DNA of 64,000 bases. It comes from an uncultured delta proteobacterium. Lineage in GTDB: Bacteria > Desulfobacterota > Binatia > UBA9968. Under the pieces are notes generated by a model that saw only the letters and a program-made list of their open reading frames with translations, did not search any database and was not told the DNA's origin. Within the stretch, counting starts at the first letter, position 1; each line of letters opens with the position of its first letter. The stretch is from the NCBI GenBank assembly GCA_963760795.1, contig CAVXEP010000019.1, forward strand, positions 256,001-320,000. The letters are read 5' to 3'. This document shows, in pieces, positions 44,661 to 53,984 of this stretch. The position numbers were made by a program, and so were the translations under genes.

Positions 44661-45650
44661 TTATTTATTAAGCGAATCGAAAAAGCCGCTCTTTTCCAGT
44701 TGATCGACAATCGAAAAGTCGACGAACTGTTCGGGTTTTGGCAGCGGCTTTTTCCCGGCAAATTGATTCTCAATCATAAACTGAACCGCTTTGAGCGACG
44801 GGCGCGGTGTTTTCTGCAACGTCGGCGCGTAGTCTTGCCAGGTGCCTTCCAAGATTTCCTCGTCGTTGATCTTGCCGTACTTGGCCAAAACTTTTTTGCT
44901 GTATTCTTTATCGGTGCGATAGCGCTGCATGCCGCGCGTGAAGGCGCGCATGAAGCGCAGCGCCGTGTCGCGTTGCTGGGCGACGAAAGCGCGCGTCGTC
45001 ATCACGGTGCCGTTGATGTCCTCGACACCGAGATCGGCGAAATTGACCAGCTCGCGCATGCCGCTTTTTATCGCCTTTGGATAGAGCGGATAGCTGAGCG
45101 CGGCGACCTGCACGATGCCGTTCATCAACGCAGCGAACGCCTCCGGTTGCGCGCCGAAGGTGAGCAGCGCGACATCTTTGCTGGGGTCGAGATTGAACTG
45201 CTTGAGCGCGATGCGCATGACTTGATCGGAAGTCGAGCCGAAAGTTGTGATGCCGGCTTTTTTGCCTTTCAAGTCGGACGGCTGCTTGATCTCCGGGCGC
45301 GCGATTAGACGGAAGGGCGAGACCGTACCGGTAGAACCGATGATCACGACGTCGGCGCCGGCGACGTTGGCGGTGAGCGCCGCAATGGCGCCGGCCTGAA
45401 TGATCGGCGCGCTGCCGCCGAGCATCGCCGCAACCATTCGGCTGCTGCCGCCGACGCGGACGAGTTCGACGTCGAGCCCTTCGGCACTGAAGTATCCGGC
45501 CTCCTTGGCGATCCACGCCGTCGCCCAGCTGCCGGCGAAGCTCGGGTAGAGCAAGCGCATGGATGTCAGAGTGGTCGCGCAAAATGCCGGATGCGTCAGC
45601 CGCCGATACTTAGGAATAGGACAACCAGCGCAATTCTTCTAACCGAACAT
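44661..45650 (-). CDS. NMT1/SsuA-like ABC substrate-binding protein; N-terminal frameshift
   Basis: GYFSAEGLDVEL, DLKGKKAG, VDFSIVDQLEKSGFF; GGAGGAG RBS before ATG 45650. Confidence 0.85.
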
Positions 45651-45729
45651 GGTCTCCTCCTGGATTTGTCGATGCTTGGCGTTGGCTTCTTCGGCCAACC
45701 CATTGTAGACATTGTCTCGATTTACGACG

Positions 45730-46980
45730 ATGCAGCGCGACGATACCTCAAAGACGATGGTGAATAAAAGCGCCAGCGCGGAAATTGCCGCGCCGATGGC
45801 CGCATCCGGCGCGTCATTTGGGCGGCAGGTCGCGCCGGTATTTTTTCTGACGGCGATCTTTTTTCTCAACTTCATCGCGCGGGTGATTCTCTCGCCGCTG
45901 TTGCCGACGATTGAAAAGGAGCTGGCGATCGGCCACGGCCAGGCGGGCTTTTTTTTCTTTTTGATCTCCGCCGGTTATCTTTCGGGTTTGCTCGGTTCGG
46001 GATTTCTCTCGTCGCGCACCAGCCATCGCCAGACGATTCTCCTCTCCGGCGCCGGTGTCGGACTGGCGCTGTTCCTGCTTTCCGGGTCGAGCAGCCTGTG
46101 GGCGATGCGGCTCGGGTTATACGCCTTGGGATTGGCCGCCGGACTCTACATGCCTTCGGCGATCGCGACGATCACCGCGCTGGTCGATCAACGCCATTGG
46201 GGCAAAGCGATCGCGATTCACGAGCTGGCGCCCAATCTGGCGTTTTTCACCGGTCCGTTCGTTGCTGAACTATTTCTCCGCCACTCGACTTGGCGTGCCG
46301 CCCTGGCGGTATTGGGCTGGCGCCTCGGTGCTGATCACCATGGGCTACTATCGGTATGGGCAGGGCGGCCGATTCGCCGGCGAATCGCCGGCGTCGAACG
46401 CCTTCGGTGTGCTGGTGCGCACGTCGGCGTTTTGGATCATGTTGATTCTCTTCGGCATGGGCGTCAGTTCGACCGTCGGGATTTATGCCATGTTGCCGCT
46501 CTATCTGGTTAGCGATCGCCAGGTCGAGGCGAGCTGGGCGAACACGGTGACGGCCTTGTCGCGCTCCTACGGGCCGGTGTTCGGCATGCTCGGCGGCTGG
46601 GCCTCGGACCGGCTCGGGCCGAAGCGGACCATGGTGGTGAGTTTGATCGTCACCGGCGTTTGACTTTGCTTTTGGGTTTCGTCGCCGATCAGCTGGATCA
46701 GCGCTGTGGTGATCATCCAACCGGCCCTCGCCGTGTGGTTTTTCCCGGCCGGCTTCGCGGCGCTAGCGGTGATCGCGCCGCCACAAGCGCGCAATCTCGC
46801 GGTCGGCTTCACCATTCCGTTTGGCTATTTGATCGGCGGCGGGGCGATCCCGACGTTTATCGGCATGATGGGCGACGCCGGACTGTTTGCGCTGGGCTTC
46901 ACCATCACCGGGCTCATTGATCACTGGCGCCGGCGTTCTCGCGATGTCGCTCAAGCTGCCGCGCACGATCCAAGGAGTGA
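45730..46980 (+). CDS. MFS transporter, split by frameshifts (end approximate)
   Basis: FFLNFIARVILSPLLP, WGKAIAIHE, GGWASDRLG, G.MGD motifs spread over ORFs 45712, 46055 and 46706. Confidence 0.8.
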
Positions 46981-47033
46981 TCGCACTAGTTTTCGGTTGT
47001 CAGCGGCGCACCGGCTGTTCTATAAATCGTCAT

Positions 47034-47786
47034 ATGAAGCTGGACGAGTTCGCTGCGAGGATTCGCGAGAGCGACGAGATCGTGGTTTTTACCGGCGCGG
47101 GGATCAGCACCGAGTCCGGCATCCCGGACTTTCGCAGCCCCGGCGGCATCTGGACGCGCTACCGGCCGGTGACGTTTCAAGAATACATGACCAGCGAGTC
47201 GGCGCGCATCGAGGCGTGGAAGCGCCGCCTCGACGGCTGGGAGCAATATAAAAATGCTAAACCCAACGTCGGCCATCATTTTATCCAAGCGCTAAGCTTG
47301 AAAGAAAAATTGATCGGCCTGATCACGCAAAATGTCGACGGCCTGCACAGCATGGCCGGCCTAGCCGACGACAAGATCGTCGAGCTGCACGGCTCGAACC
47401 GCAAGATTCTTTGCATGAGCTGCGCCAAGGAATTCGCACCGGAACCGATCATTAACAGTTTAGTCGGCGATTTCGTCTCGCCCAAGTGCGACAGCTGCGG
47501 CGGCATCCTCAAGTCGGCAACGGTGTCCTTCGGCCAAGCGATGCCCGAGCAGGCGATGCGTGTAGCACAGGAATGGACCGAGCAAGCGGAAGTTTTCATC
47601 GTCATGGGCTCATCATTGCAAGTGCAGCCCGCGGCGTCGTTTCCGGTCATGGCGAAACGCAATGGCGCGCTGTTGGCGATTATCAACCGTGAAGCAGGGC
47701 CGCTCGATGACTCGGCGGATTTCGTCCACAACGGCGCGATCGGCGAGTTCTGCGGCAAATTCGGCGAGATGATCGCCGATGGATGA
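47034..47786 (+). CDS. cobB: NAD-dependent protein deacylase (sirtuin)
   Basis: TGAGISTESGIPDFR, ITQNVDGLH, ELHGS, CxxC...CxxC, GSSLQVQPAA, IINRE. Confidence 0.95.
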   Translation: MKLDEFAARIRESDEIVVFTGAGISTESGIPDFRSPGGIWTRYRPVTFQEYMTSESARIEAWKRRLDGWEQYKNAKPNVGHHFIQALSLKEKLIGLITQNVDGLHSMAGLADDKIVELHGSNRKILCMSCAKEFAPEPIINSLVGDFVSPKCDSCGGILKSATVSFGQAMPEQAMRVAQEWTEQAEVFIVMGSSLQVQPAASFPVMAKRNGALLAIINREAGPLDDSADFVHNGAIGEFCGKFGEMIADG

Positions 47787-47804
47787 CGCGGATGCGGACT
47801 GTTG

Positions 47805-47925
47805 GCCGCAAAGAACGCAAAAGGCGCAGAGTTAAAACACGGTAATTCACCACGAAGGACACGCAGATCACGAAGGTCGGAAGAGTAATTATCCGAACTC
47901 TTCGTGCCGTGAACTTCGTGGTGAT
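47805..47925. repeat. CACCACGAAG/CTTCGTG-type intergenic repeat
   Basis: caccacgaaggacacg...ttcgtgccgtgaacttcgtggtg; larger related array at 62793-63135. Confidence 0.7.
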
Positions 47926-47962
47926 ACGACCGAGACTTCCTGGCGACGAAAGGAGCAAATTT

Positions 47963-48967
47963 ATGGCTGACTGGAAGATGATCGATGCCGATGGGCATAT
48001 TCGCGAGGTCGAGAGCGATGTCTACGAATATCTGCCGGATTATTACAAAGCGCGGCGCGAGGCGGTGATGTATTTCCCGTTGCTGCCGCATCATGGCTGG
48101 CACCGGCAGGCGGGCCGGGCGGGGATCGGCGCGTCATTCTTGATCCCCACGTTGCAGGATTGGCAGCAGGCGTTGGATCTCGGAGAGCTCGAAGCCGCGG
48201 TGGTTTATCCGACCCGCTTCATGCATATCGGCCAGGTCGGCATGGCCGACTTCGCGGTGGATTTGAGCAGGGCTTACAACGATTATCTGCACGATCGCTT
48301 CCTGCGCCACGAGCCGCGCTTGAAAGGCATCGCCATTCTGCCGATGCAAGATGTTCCAGCGGCCGTCGCCGAGCTGCGCCGGGTCGTCAAAGACTACGGC
48401 ATGGTCGGTGCGGTGTTGCCGGCCGACGGTTTGCCGCGGCCATTGGGCCACCCGGAGTTTCACCCAGTCTACGAAGAGGCCAATCGCTTGGGCTGCATGC
48501 TCGCCGTGCATTCGCAGAATTCCTTGCGCAACAATGATCTGTTCATGTGGCGCGGCGAGGCGGCGACCCTGGCCCATGTCTGGCCGCAGATGCGCCAGTT
48601 CACCAACTTCATGTTTTCCGGAGTGCTCGGCCGGCTGCCGGATTTGAAAATTGCTTTCTTAGAGGCCGGCTGCGGCTGGGTGCCTTATTTGATGAGCAAA
48701 ATGGGCAACCGCATGGGCGAGGCGCTGCCGCCGGCGAAGCTGATCGAGCGCGGGCAGATTTATTTTCAATGCGGCGAAGAGATGACCACCGGCCGCGATT
48801 TAGAATTGCTCGGCGACGAGTGTTTGTTCTGGGCGTCCGACTTTCCCCACGAGGGCATCGTCAGCATGAAGAAAGCCGTCGATGAGTTTCTCGAGCGCGA
48901 CGATATCCCGGCGGCAGCGAAGCGCAAGATCAGCTACGACAATCCGAAAAGGCTTTACGCTCTCTAA
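47963..48967 (+). CDS. amidohydrolase_2 family protein
   Basis: IDADGH, AYNDYL, LAVHS, AFLEAGCGW, WASDFPH, DNPKRLY. Confidence 0.9.
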   Translation: MADWKMIDADGHIREVESDVYEYLPDYYKARREAVMYFPLLPHHGWHRQAGRAGIGASFLIPTLQDWQQALDLGELEAAVVYPTRFMHIGQVGMADFAVDLSRAYNDYLHDRFLRHEPRLKGIAILPMQDVPAAVAELRRVVKDYGMVGAVLPADGLPRPLGHPEFHPVYEEANRLGCMLAVHSQNSLRNNDLFMWRGEAATLAHVWPQMRQFTNFMFSGVLGRLPDLKIAFLEAGCGWVPYLMSKMGNRMGEALPPAKLIERGQIYFQCGEEMTTGRDLELLGDECLFWASDFPHEGIVSMKKAVDEFLERDDIPAAAKRKISYDNPKRLYAL

Positions 48968-48977
48968 GCTCAAACTC

Positions 48978-49077
48978 GTTCAAATAGTTCAAAATGTTCA
49001 AGCCGTTCAAAACGTCGTCGGAATCGCAACTCCGGAAACCACTTGAACGGCTTGAACTATTTGAACGTTTTGAACGA
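48978..49077. repeat. GTTCAA/TTGAAC 9-mer inverted repeat array between convergent genes
   Basis: Four gttcaa units followed by four ttgaac units, forming a long imperfect hairpin. Confidence 0.8.
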
Positions 49078-49081
49078 GTTC

Positions 49082-49471
49082 TTATGCTTTCGCGAACTCT
49101 TCTTGAACCTTCTGCCGGACATCTTTGCGCGTGACGTAATCGATGATCTGGATATTCTCCGACGGGCCGGAGCGGTTGCCCATCATGATCATCGGTTGGT
49201 CGCTGGCATTTTCCAGCTGATAGAACGAGCCGCCGGTGATGGTCGCGGCCATGCCGGGTTTGAGCACGGCTGTGCCGCCGTCGGGGAAGCGCATGGTGCA
49301 TTCGCCGTCGATGACGTAAAAAGTTTGGTCGGCATTGTGGCAGTGCATCTCGTCCTTGTGGCCGGGTTTGTAATAGTGCATCCAGGCGTGGAAGCGCGGC
49401 GTGTTGAAAATTTCTTTGCGCTTTTTTTCCTGATGGGCGAAATCGACCATGTCGATAATTTCGATGGGCAT
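49082..49471 (-). CDS. cupin domain protein
   Basis: MHCHNADQTFYVIDGE, LKPG, YQLEN; AGGAGG RBS. Confidence 0.88.
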   Translation of the reverse strand: MPIEIIDMVDFAHQEKKRKEIFNTPRFHAWMHYYKPGHKDEMHCHNADQTFYVIDGECTMRFPDGGTAVLKPGMAATITGGSFYQLENASDQPMIMMGNRSGPSENIQIIDYVTRKDVRQKVQEEFAKA

Positions 49472-49500
49472 TGGTGTGTCCTCCTGTTTTGGGTTTTGGA

Positions 49501-49883
49501 TTAGAGTACTGCGATCACTTCGATTTGAAACAAATTGTTGCCGCGCAGATCGACTTTGACGGCGTGGCGCGCCGGGCGGTCATGTTCATCGGGAAACATT
49601 TTCAGCCAGGCCTTGTTGACCGTGTCGCGCAGCTTTTCGTCTTTCAAATAGACTTTCATGTAGGCGATTTGGTCCGGCGTCCCTCCGCGCGGTTTCCATG
49701 AAACAGTCGAAATTTCGGAACATCGCTTCGGCCTGCTCGTCGGGATCCGTCGACAGCACGCCGGTCTTGGCGTCCTTGCCGGACGATCGCCGAGGAGAAA
49801 ACCATGTTGCCGATCACCACGCCGTTGGGGATCGGCGCGCCATGTTCCATGCCGGGAATATGAATGCTCTTGCGTTTTGCCAT
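49501..49883 (-). CDS. RidA/YjgF family protein; frameshifted
   Basis: HGAPIP.G..IGNMVFSS in one frame; WLKMFPDEHDRPARH..FQIEVIAV in another; AAGGAGG RBS. Confidence 0.85.
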
Positions 49884-50028
49884 ACGTCACCTCCTTGTCC
49901 GACTCGTTGCCTTTCTCATAGCACGGCGCCGAATGTGGGTCTACCGCGCCAAGTGGTCACTGGCGCTGTGAAAAAATCGGTGCTATGGGAAAGATCAACC
50001 CTATACACCCAAGCCGAAGGAGTCGCTC

Positions 50029-51435
50029 ATGGAAGCACTCGCGCAAACTGATAATGGCCGGACGTTGACCGAGCTCGAGGCCTACTTCAAAAAATACTCG
50101 GACATGCCGCGCGAGGTGGTGCTCAAGCATGACCTGTTGCGTGACGGCCATTGGTTTACCGATGCGGCGTTGGAGCTGGCGTCGGACGCGTTGGTGAAGT
50201 CCTACCGGCTGTTTTCCTACGATCTGATGCCGATGAAGGACATGAAGCGCAAGGAGCATCGCAAGATCACCGAGTGGTTCATGATGCGCGGCGGGCCTTA
50301 TGGGTTGCGGCCGGTGACGGTGCAGACGACGTTGAATTCAAATTCGCCGTACCTGATCGATGCGGTCGATGGCAAACCGAAGCTGTTTCTTCAAGGTAAG
50401 GAAATTTGCGACGTGGCGTTTCCCCCGCCGCTCAAATATTACACGCGCAAGTTCGCCGACGGCACGGCCTATCACGAGATCATCGCTTACGGTTACTTCG
50501 TCACGGCATTCCGCAATTGCCAATATTGGGGGCCGGATGAGGAGTGCCGCTTCTGCGACATCAATATCAATGCCCGGCAGATGAAGGACTCGCAAGACTT
50601 CACCTTCAATCCGCCGGTGAAGCCGCTGGACTATATGGTCGAAGTGGCGCGTTCCATCGAGCAGGACGCCACCGACGAGGTCGGTTTTACGCCGCTGATC
50701 GACTATCTCATCACCGGCGGGACGATTACGAAAACGCTGCACGGCAAGGATGAGGACACTTTTTATGCGGAATACGCTTCGGCGCTCAAGTGGAGCGGCC
50801 ACCGTCGCCATGTTTATCTACAAACCAACGCCAAGGATAAGGAAGCGCTTAAACGTTACCGTGCCGCCGGCGTCGATGGCCATCACGCCAACATGGAGGT
50901 GTGGGATCGCAAATTGTTTGAATGGATCAATCCCGGCAAGAACCGCCGAATCGGCTGGGACAACTGGGTGCAAGGCATGGTCGATGCGGTGGATGTATTC
51001 GGCGAGACCAATGTCCGGCCCAATTTCGTCAGCGGCGTCGAGATGGCGCGCCCCTACGGCTTCGACAACGTGGGGGATGCGGTCAAATCGACTAGCTCTG
51101 GATTCGACTTCATGATGAAACATGGCATCTTCCCGCGGCTCAACCAGTGGCGTCGCGAGCCCGGTTCTAATCTAGTGTCGAATCAGCCGCAGCCGACGAT
51201 CCCGTTGGAGTTCTATTTGGAGCTGATGGCCAACTATTACGCCACCTGGAAGAAATACAGCTTGCCGATAGCGCCGCATAACAGCGTCCATCCCGAGACC
51301 CGCATCATGGGGCGCGGCCATGGCACCTACGATGACATCATCCTGCTCAATGAAGTGGCTGACTACGAAGAGAGGGTTGACGACGCGCTGAAAAATGGTT
51401 TGAAGGCGTGCGTGCACGGGCATGCGAATGCATGA
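50029..51435 (+). CDS. radical SAM protein with CX8CX2C motif
   Basis: CQYWGPDEECRFC, ITGG, NMEVWD..LF..I.PGK, PNFVSGVE. Confidence 0.85.
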   Translation: MEALAQTDNGRTLTELEAYFKKYSDMPREVVLKHDLLRDGHWFTDAALELASDALVKSYRLFSYDLMPMKDMKRKEHRKITEWFMMRGGPYGLRPVTVQTTLNSNSPYLIDAVDGKPKLFLQGKEICDVAFPPPLKYYTRKFADGTAYHEIIAYGYFVTAFRNCQYWGPDEECRFCDININARQMKDSQDFTFNPPVKPLDYMVEVARSIEQDATDEVGFTPLIDYLITGGTITKTLHGKDEDTFYAEYASALKWSGHRRHVYLQTNAKDKEALKRYRAAGVDGHHANMEVWDRKLFEWINPGKNRRIGWDNWVQGMVDAVDVFGETNVRPNFVSGVEMARPYGFDNVGDAVKSTSSGFDFMMKHGIFPRLNQWRREPGSNLVSNQPQPTIPLEFYLELMANYYATWKKYSLPIAPHNSVHPETRIMGRGHGTYDDIILLNEVADYEERVDDALKNGLKACVHGHANA

Positions 51436-51457
51436 GCGATTGAGGTCGTTTAAGAAA

Positions 51458-52441
51458 ATGGCTGTCGTTCGAATCGGTCTTTTGATCGCCCTCGCGTTGG
51501 TTCTGGCTGCGACAGGGCCGGCAAATGGCGCGGATAAGCTGCGCATCGGCTACGGCGCGCCGTCGGTGACGATGGCGCCGCTGTGGATTGTCCAGGAAGG
51601 AAAAATATTCGCCCGCAACGGTTTGGACGTTGAGGTGCTCTATCTAGAAAGCGCTCTGGTGCAGCGGGCGTTGATCGCCGGGGAGATTTCTTTTGGCGAG
51701 ATGACCGGCGCGCTGCTGTCGGCGCCGCGTTTGCAAGGCGCGGATGTGACCATGGTCTTGGGCTTCGTCGACCGCCTGCTGTTTCGCCTGGTGGCGCGCG
51801 GCGATATCAAGACCGCCGCCGACCTCAAAGGCAAACGGATCGGCACGTCGCGTTTCGGCGCGGCGCTCGATCGCGCCGCGCGCTTGGCTCTGCCCAAGCT
51901 TGGCGTCAATCCCGACAAGGACGTGATCTTCGTGCAGATCGGCAGCGAAGCGACTTTGTTGACGGCGTTGCTCGGCAAGTCGGTGGATGCGACGTTGTTG
52001 CAACCGCCCCGTTTCAAGCGGGCCGTGGACGCCGGCATGAACGTGCTGGCAAATTTAGAAGAAATGAATATCCCGTTCCAACACACCGGCTTGGTGACCA
52101 CCCAACGGTATATCGCCAAGAACCCGGATGTGTCGCGGCGAGTGGTGAAGTCGTTCGTCGACGGTATTCATCTGATGCGCACCAATCCCGAAGTGGCCAA
52201 GAAAGCGATCAACCGCTATATGCGCCTCAACGATGAGCGCGAGCTCGAAGAAACTTATCAATTGCTCAAGCGCGTCACGTTGATCAAACCGTATCCCTCT
52301 TTGGAAGGGATCAAAACTATTCTCAACGATCTCGTCGATCAGATTCCCGCGGCAAAAACCGCCGACCCAAAGGACTTTGTCGACACTCGATTCCTCGAAG
52401 AGCTGGACAAGTCCGGTTATATCGACAAATTGTACCGCTAG
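51458..52441 (+). CDS. NMT1/SsuA-like ABC substrate-binding protein
   Basis: Signal peptide, IFARNGLDVE, DLKGKRIG, PYPSLEG, FVDTRFLEELDKSGYI. Confidence 0.9.
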   Translation: MAVVRIGLLIALALVLAATGPANGADKLRIGYGAPSVTMAPLWIVQEGKIFARNGLDVEVLYLESALVQRALIAGEISFGEMTGALLSAPRLQGADVTMVLGFVDRLLFRLVARGDIKTAADLKGKRIGTSRFGAALDRAARLALPKLGVNPDKDVIFVQIGSEATLLTALLGKSVDATLLQPPRFKRAVDAGMNVLANLEEMNIPFQHTGLVTTQRYIAKNPDVSRRVVKSFVDGIHLMRTNPEVAKKAINRYMRLNDERELEETYQLLKRVTLIKPYPSLEGIKTILNDLVDQIPAAKTADPKDFVDTRFLEELDKSGYIDKLYR

Positions 52442-52562
52442 TCGCCAGCGACACTTCATCCGCGATGGGAATCGTGGCAATCGAGGGATCGCCCGGCCCC
52501 TGAGCGCTTGATAAAGCAACCGCGCCCTAGTTTATCATCCCCGTAAGACCTAGTATCCGCCG

Positions 52563-52718
52563 ATGGATTTACGGGCAACGCTGGCCCTTATCTTTGGCGT
52601 GGTTCTCCCCATTCTTTTCGTTGTCTATATTGGTTCTTCGTATAGAGCGGGCGCCGAGCCCGAAGACCCGGTGCCGAAATGTTTAGGCCCGCGGGTAGGT
52701 GGCAACAGTGGTTGGTAA
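52563..52718 (+). CDS. possible 51-aa single-TM small protein
   Basis: MDLRATLALIFGVVLPILFVVYIGSSYR...W*; one hydrophobic helix; no clear RBS. Confidence 0.35.
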   Translation: MDLRATLALIFGVVLPILFVVYIGSSYRAGAEPEDPVPKCLGPRVGGNSGW

Positions 52719-52738
52719 GTAGGGAACGCCAGGAGTGT

Positions 52739-53167
52739 TCAGTAATCAACTGGTAAGTTCAGACAACGAATGACCGTTAGTTTGTATTTCTTCATCCCAA
52801 CGAAATCACCGCCGTGCACGCTGTTGCTAAGAGCGATGAGGGCGTTAGATGCGGCAATTACTGAGGCGAATGTTGGGATACGGTTGGGAAGGATACGAGC
52901 AAGCAAGCTGTAGAAGTTAATACAATAAGCCTTGGAACGAAGCAACGCAGCCTTGTCTCGGAGCGCCTTTGCAGCCTCATCTTGTAATTCCCTTCGGCTA
53001 CGCTCGGACACATTGTCATAGTAGACGAGCGCGTGAGCAACTTCGCCGACAGTTTTTCTATAGTCTTGGTATGGATCAATGATTAATTTGCTGACGTATA
53101 GTCCGATAACGTAGACAATGACGCTGCCGATTATTGTGAGAACCGCTGTAATAATTGGAACTGTCAC
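52739..53167 (-). CDS. hypothetical membrane-anchored protein, lower GC than neighbours
   Basis: GTG start at 53167, N-terminal TM followed by helical domain; the upstream in-frame part of the track ORF belongs to the esterase remnant. Confidence 0.6.
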   Translation of the reverse strand: MTVPIITAVLTIIGSVIVYVIGLYVSKLIIDPYQDYRKTVGEVAHALVYYDNVSERSRRELQDEAAKALRDKAALLRSKAYCINFYSLLARILPNRIPTFASVIAASNALIALSNSVHGGDFVGMKKYKLTVIRCLNLPVDY

Positions 53168-53239
53168 GATGTTCAATCGGCAATGAAATTTGACCAGCCC
53201 GCTCGAATCAAGCAAGTTCGGGTAGAGACGGCGCGATCG

Positions 53240-53810
53240 GCGCCTGAATGCTTCGGTAAGCGCATCATAATTTGCGATAATCTCTTCCAAGCCGATGCGC
53301 CAATGGAATCATGCATCCGTACCGCAGGCGGGATTGGTAATCAAGAACTGACGTAGCGTCGGTTCCGGAATGTTTCCTGCGTGCGCCCGGTCGGCGTCGC
53401 TGAAGGTCTAACCGCTAGCGAGCGCAAGCGCCTCTAGCGCGGCAAGCAAGGGCTTATGCGCCGGCGGGGCTTCGGGCGCGATGTCGACTACGACTAGCCC
53501 ATTGATGGAACTGGCGTTGACCGCGGCGCATTGCCGGGCCACCTTGCCGACCATGGAGTGGCCGCATAGATGGGCACGATCGAGATTCTCGCTGGCAAAA
53601 AAGTCTCTCACATCCTTCGCCATGGCGCATGATGCGTCACCGGATTATGCGGCGAGGCGCCGTGATTTCTTAAATCTAAATCATAGACTTTGAAGTAGAC
53701 AGCGAGCCGCTTGCCCATAGTGCGCGCATTGTCGGACGCGCCGAGAAAGCCTGCAGGGTGATTCTCGGGAAACCGATCCCTTGGACTTGGAAGTTGAGAC
53801 GGATGGTTTC
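53240..53810 (-). pseudogene. YbfF-like esterase remnant
   Basis: Fragments GFLGASDN, DLRNHGASPH, GHSMVGK, VVVDIAP, EPTLRQFLITN, WRIGLEEIIANYDAL in several frames; C-terminal catalytic region absent. Confidence 0.7.
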
Positions 53811-53984
53811 TGGTTGTGGCGGGCGGCCGACGAAACTCTGCCAAGATCGGGAGACAAGGGAAAGCGCTTCGCGAGGCGCTTTAAGAGAGTTGCGAAGGAA
53901 TCGTTGAGGTGGGTGGTAAAAACGCGCTGGCGATCGCAATGGAGAGTACCGCTAGTATGTCGGTTGCCGTGAAACGAGCTGTGA

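Noticed and set aside
46887-47786. MFS-CobB fusion or N-terminally extended sirtuin
   Set aside because: The extension is the frameshifted MFS tail plus intergenic sequence; the sirtuin fold starts at ATG 47034
48978-49077. CRISPR array (also the other short-repeat clusters)
   Set aside because: Units are 6-10 nt with no unique ~30-nt spacers and no cas genes
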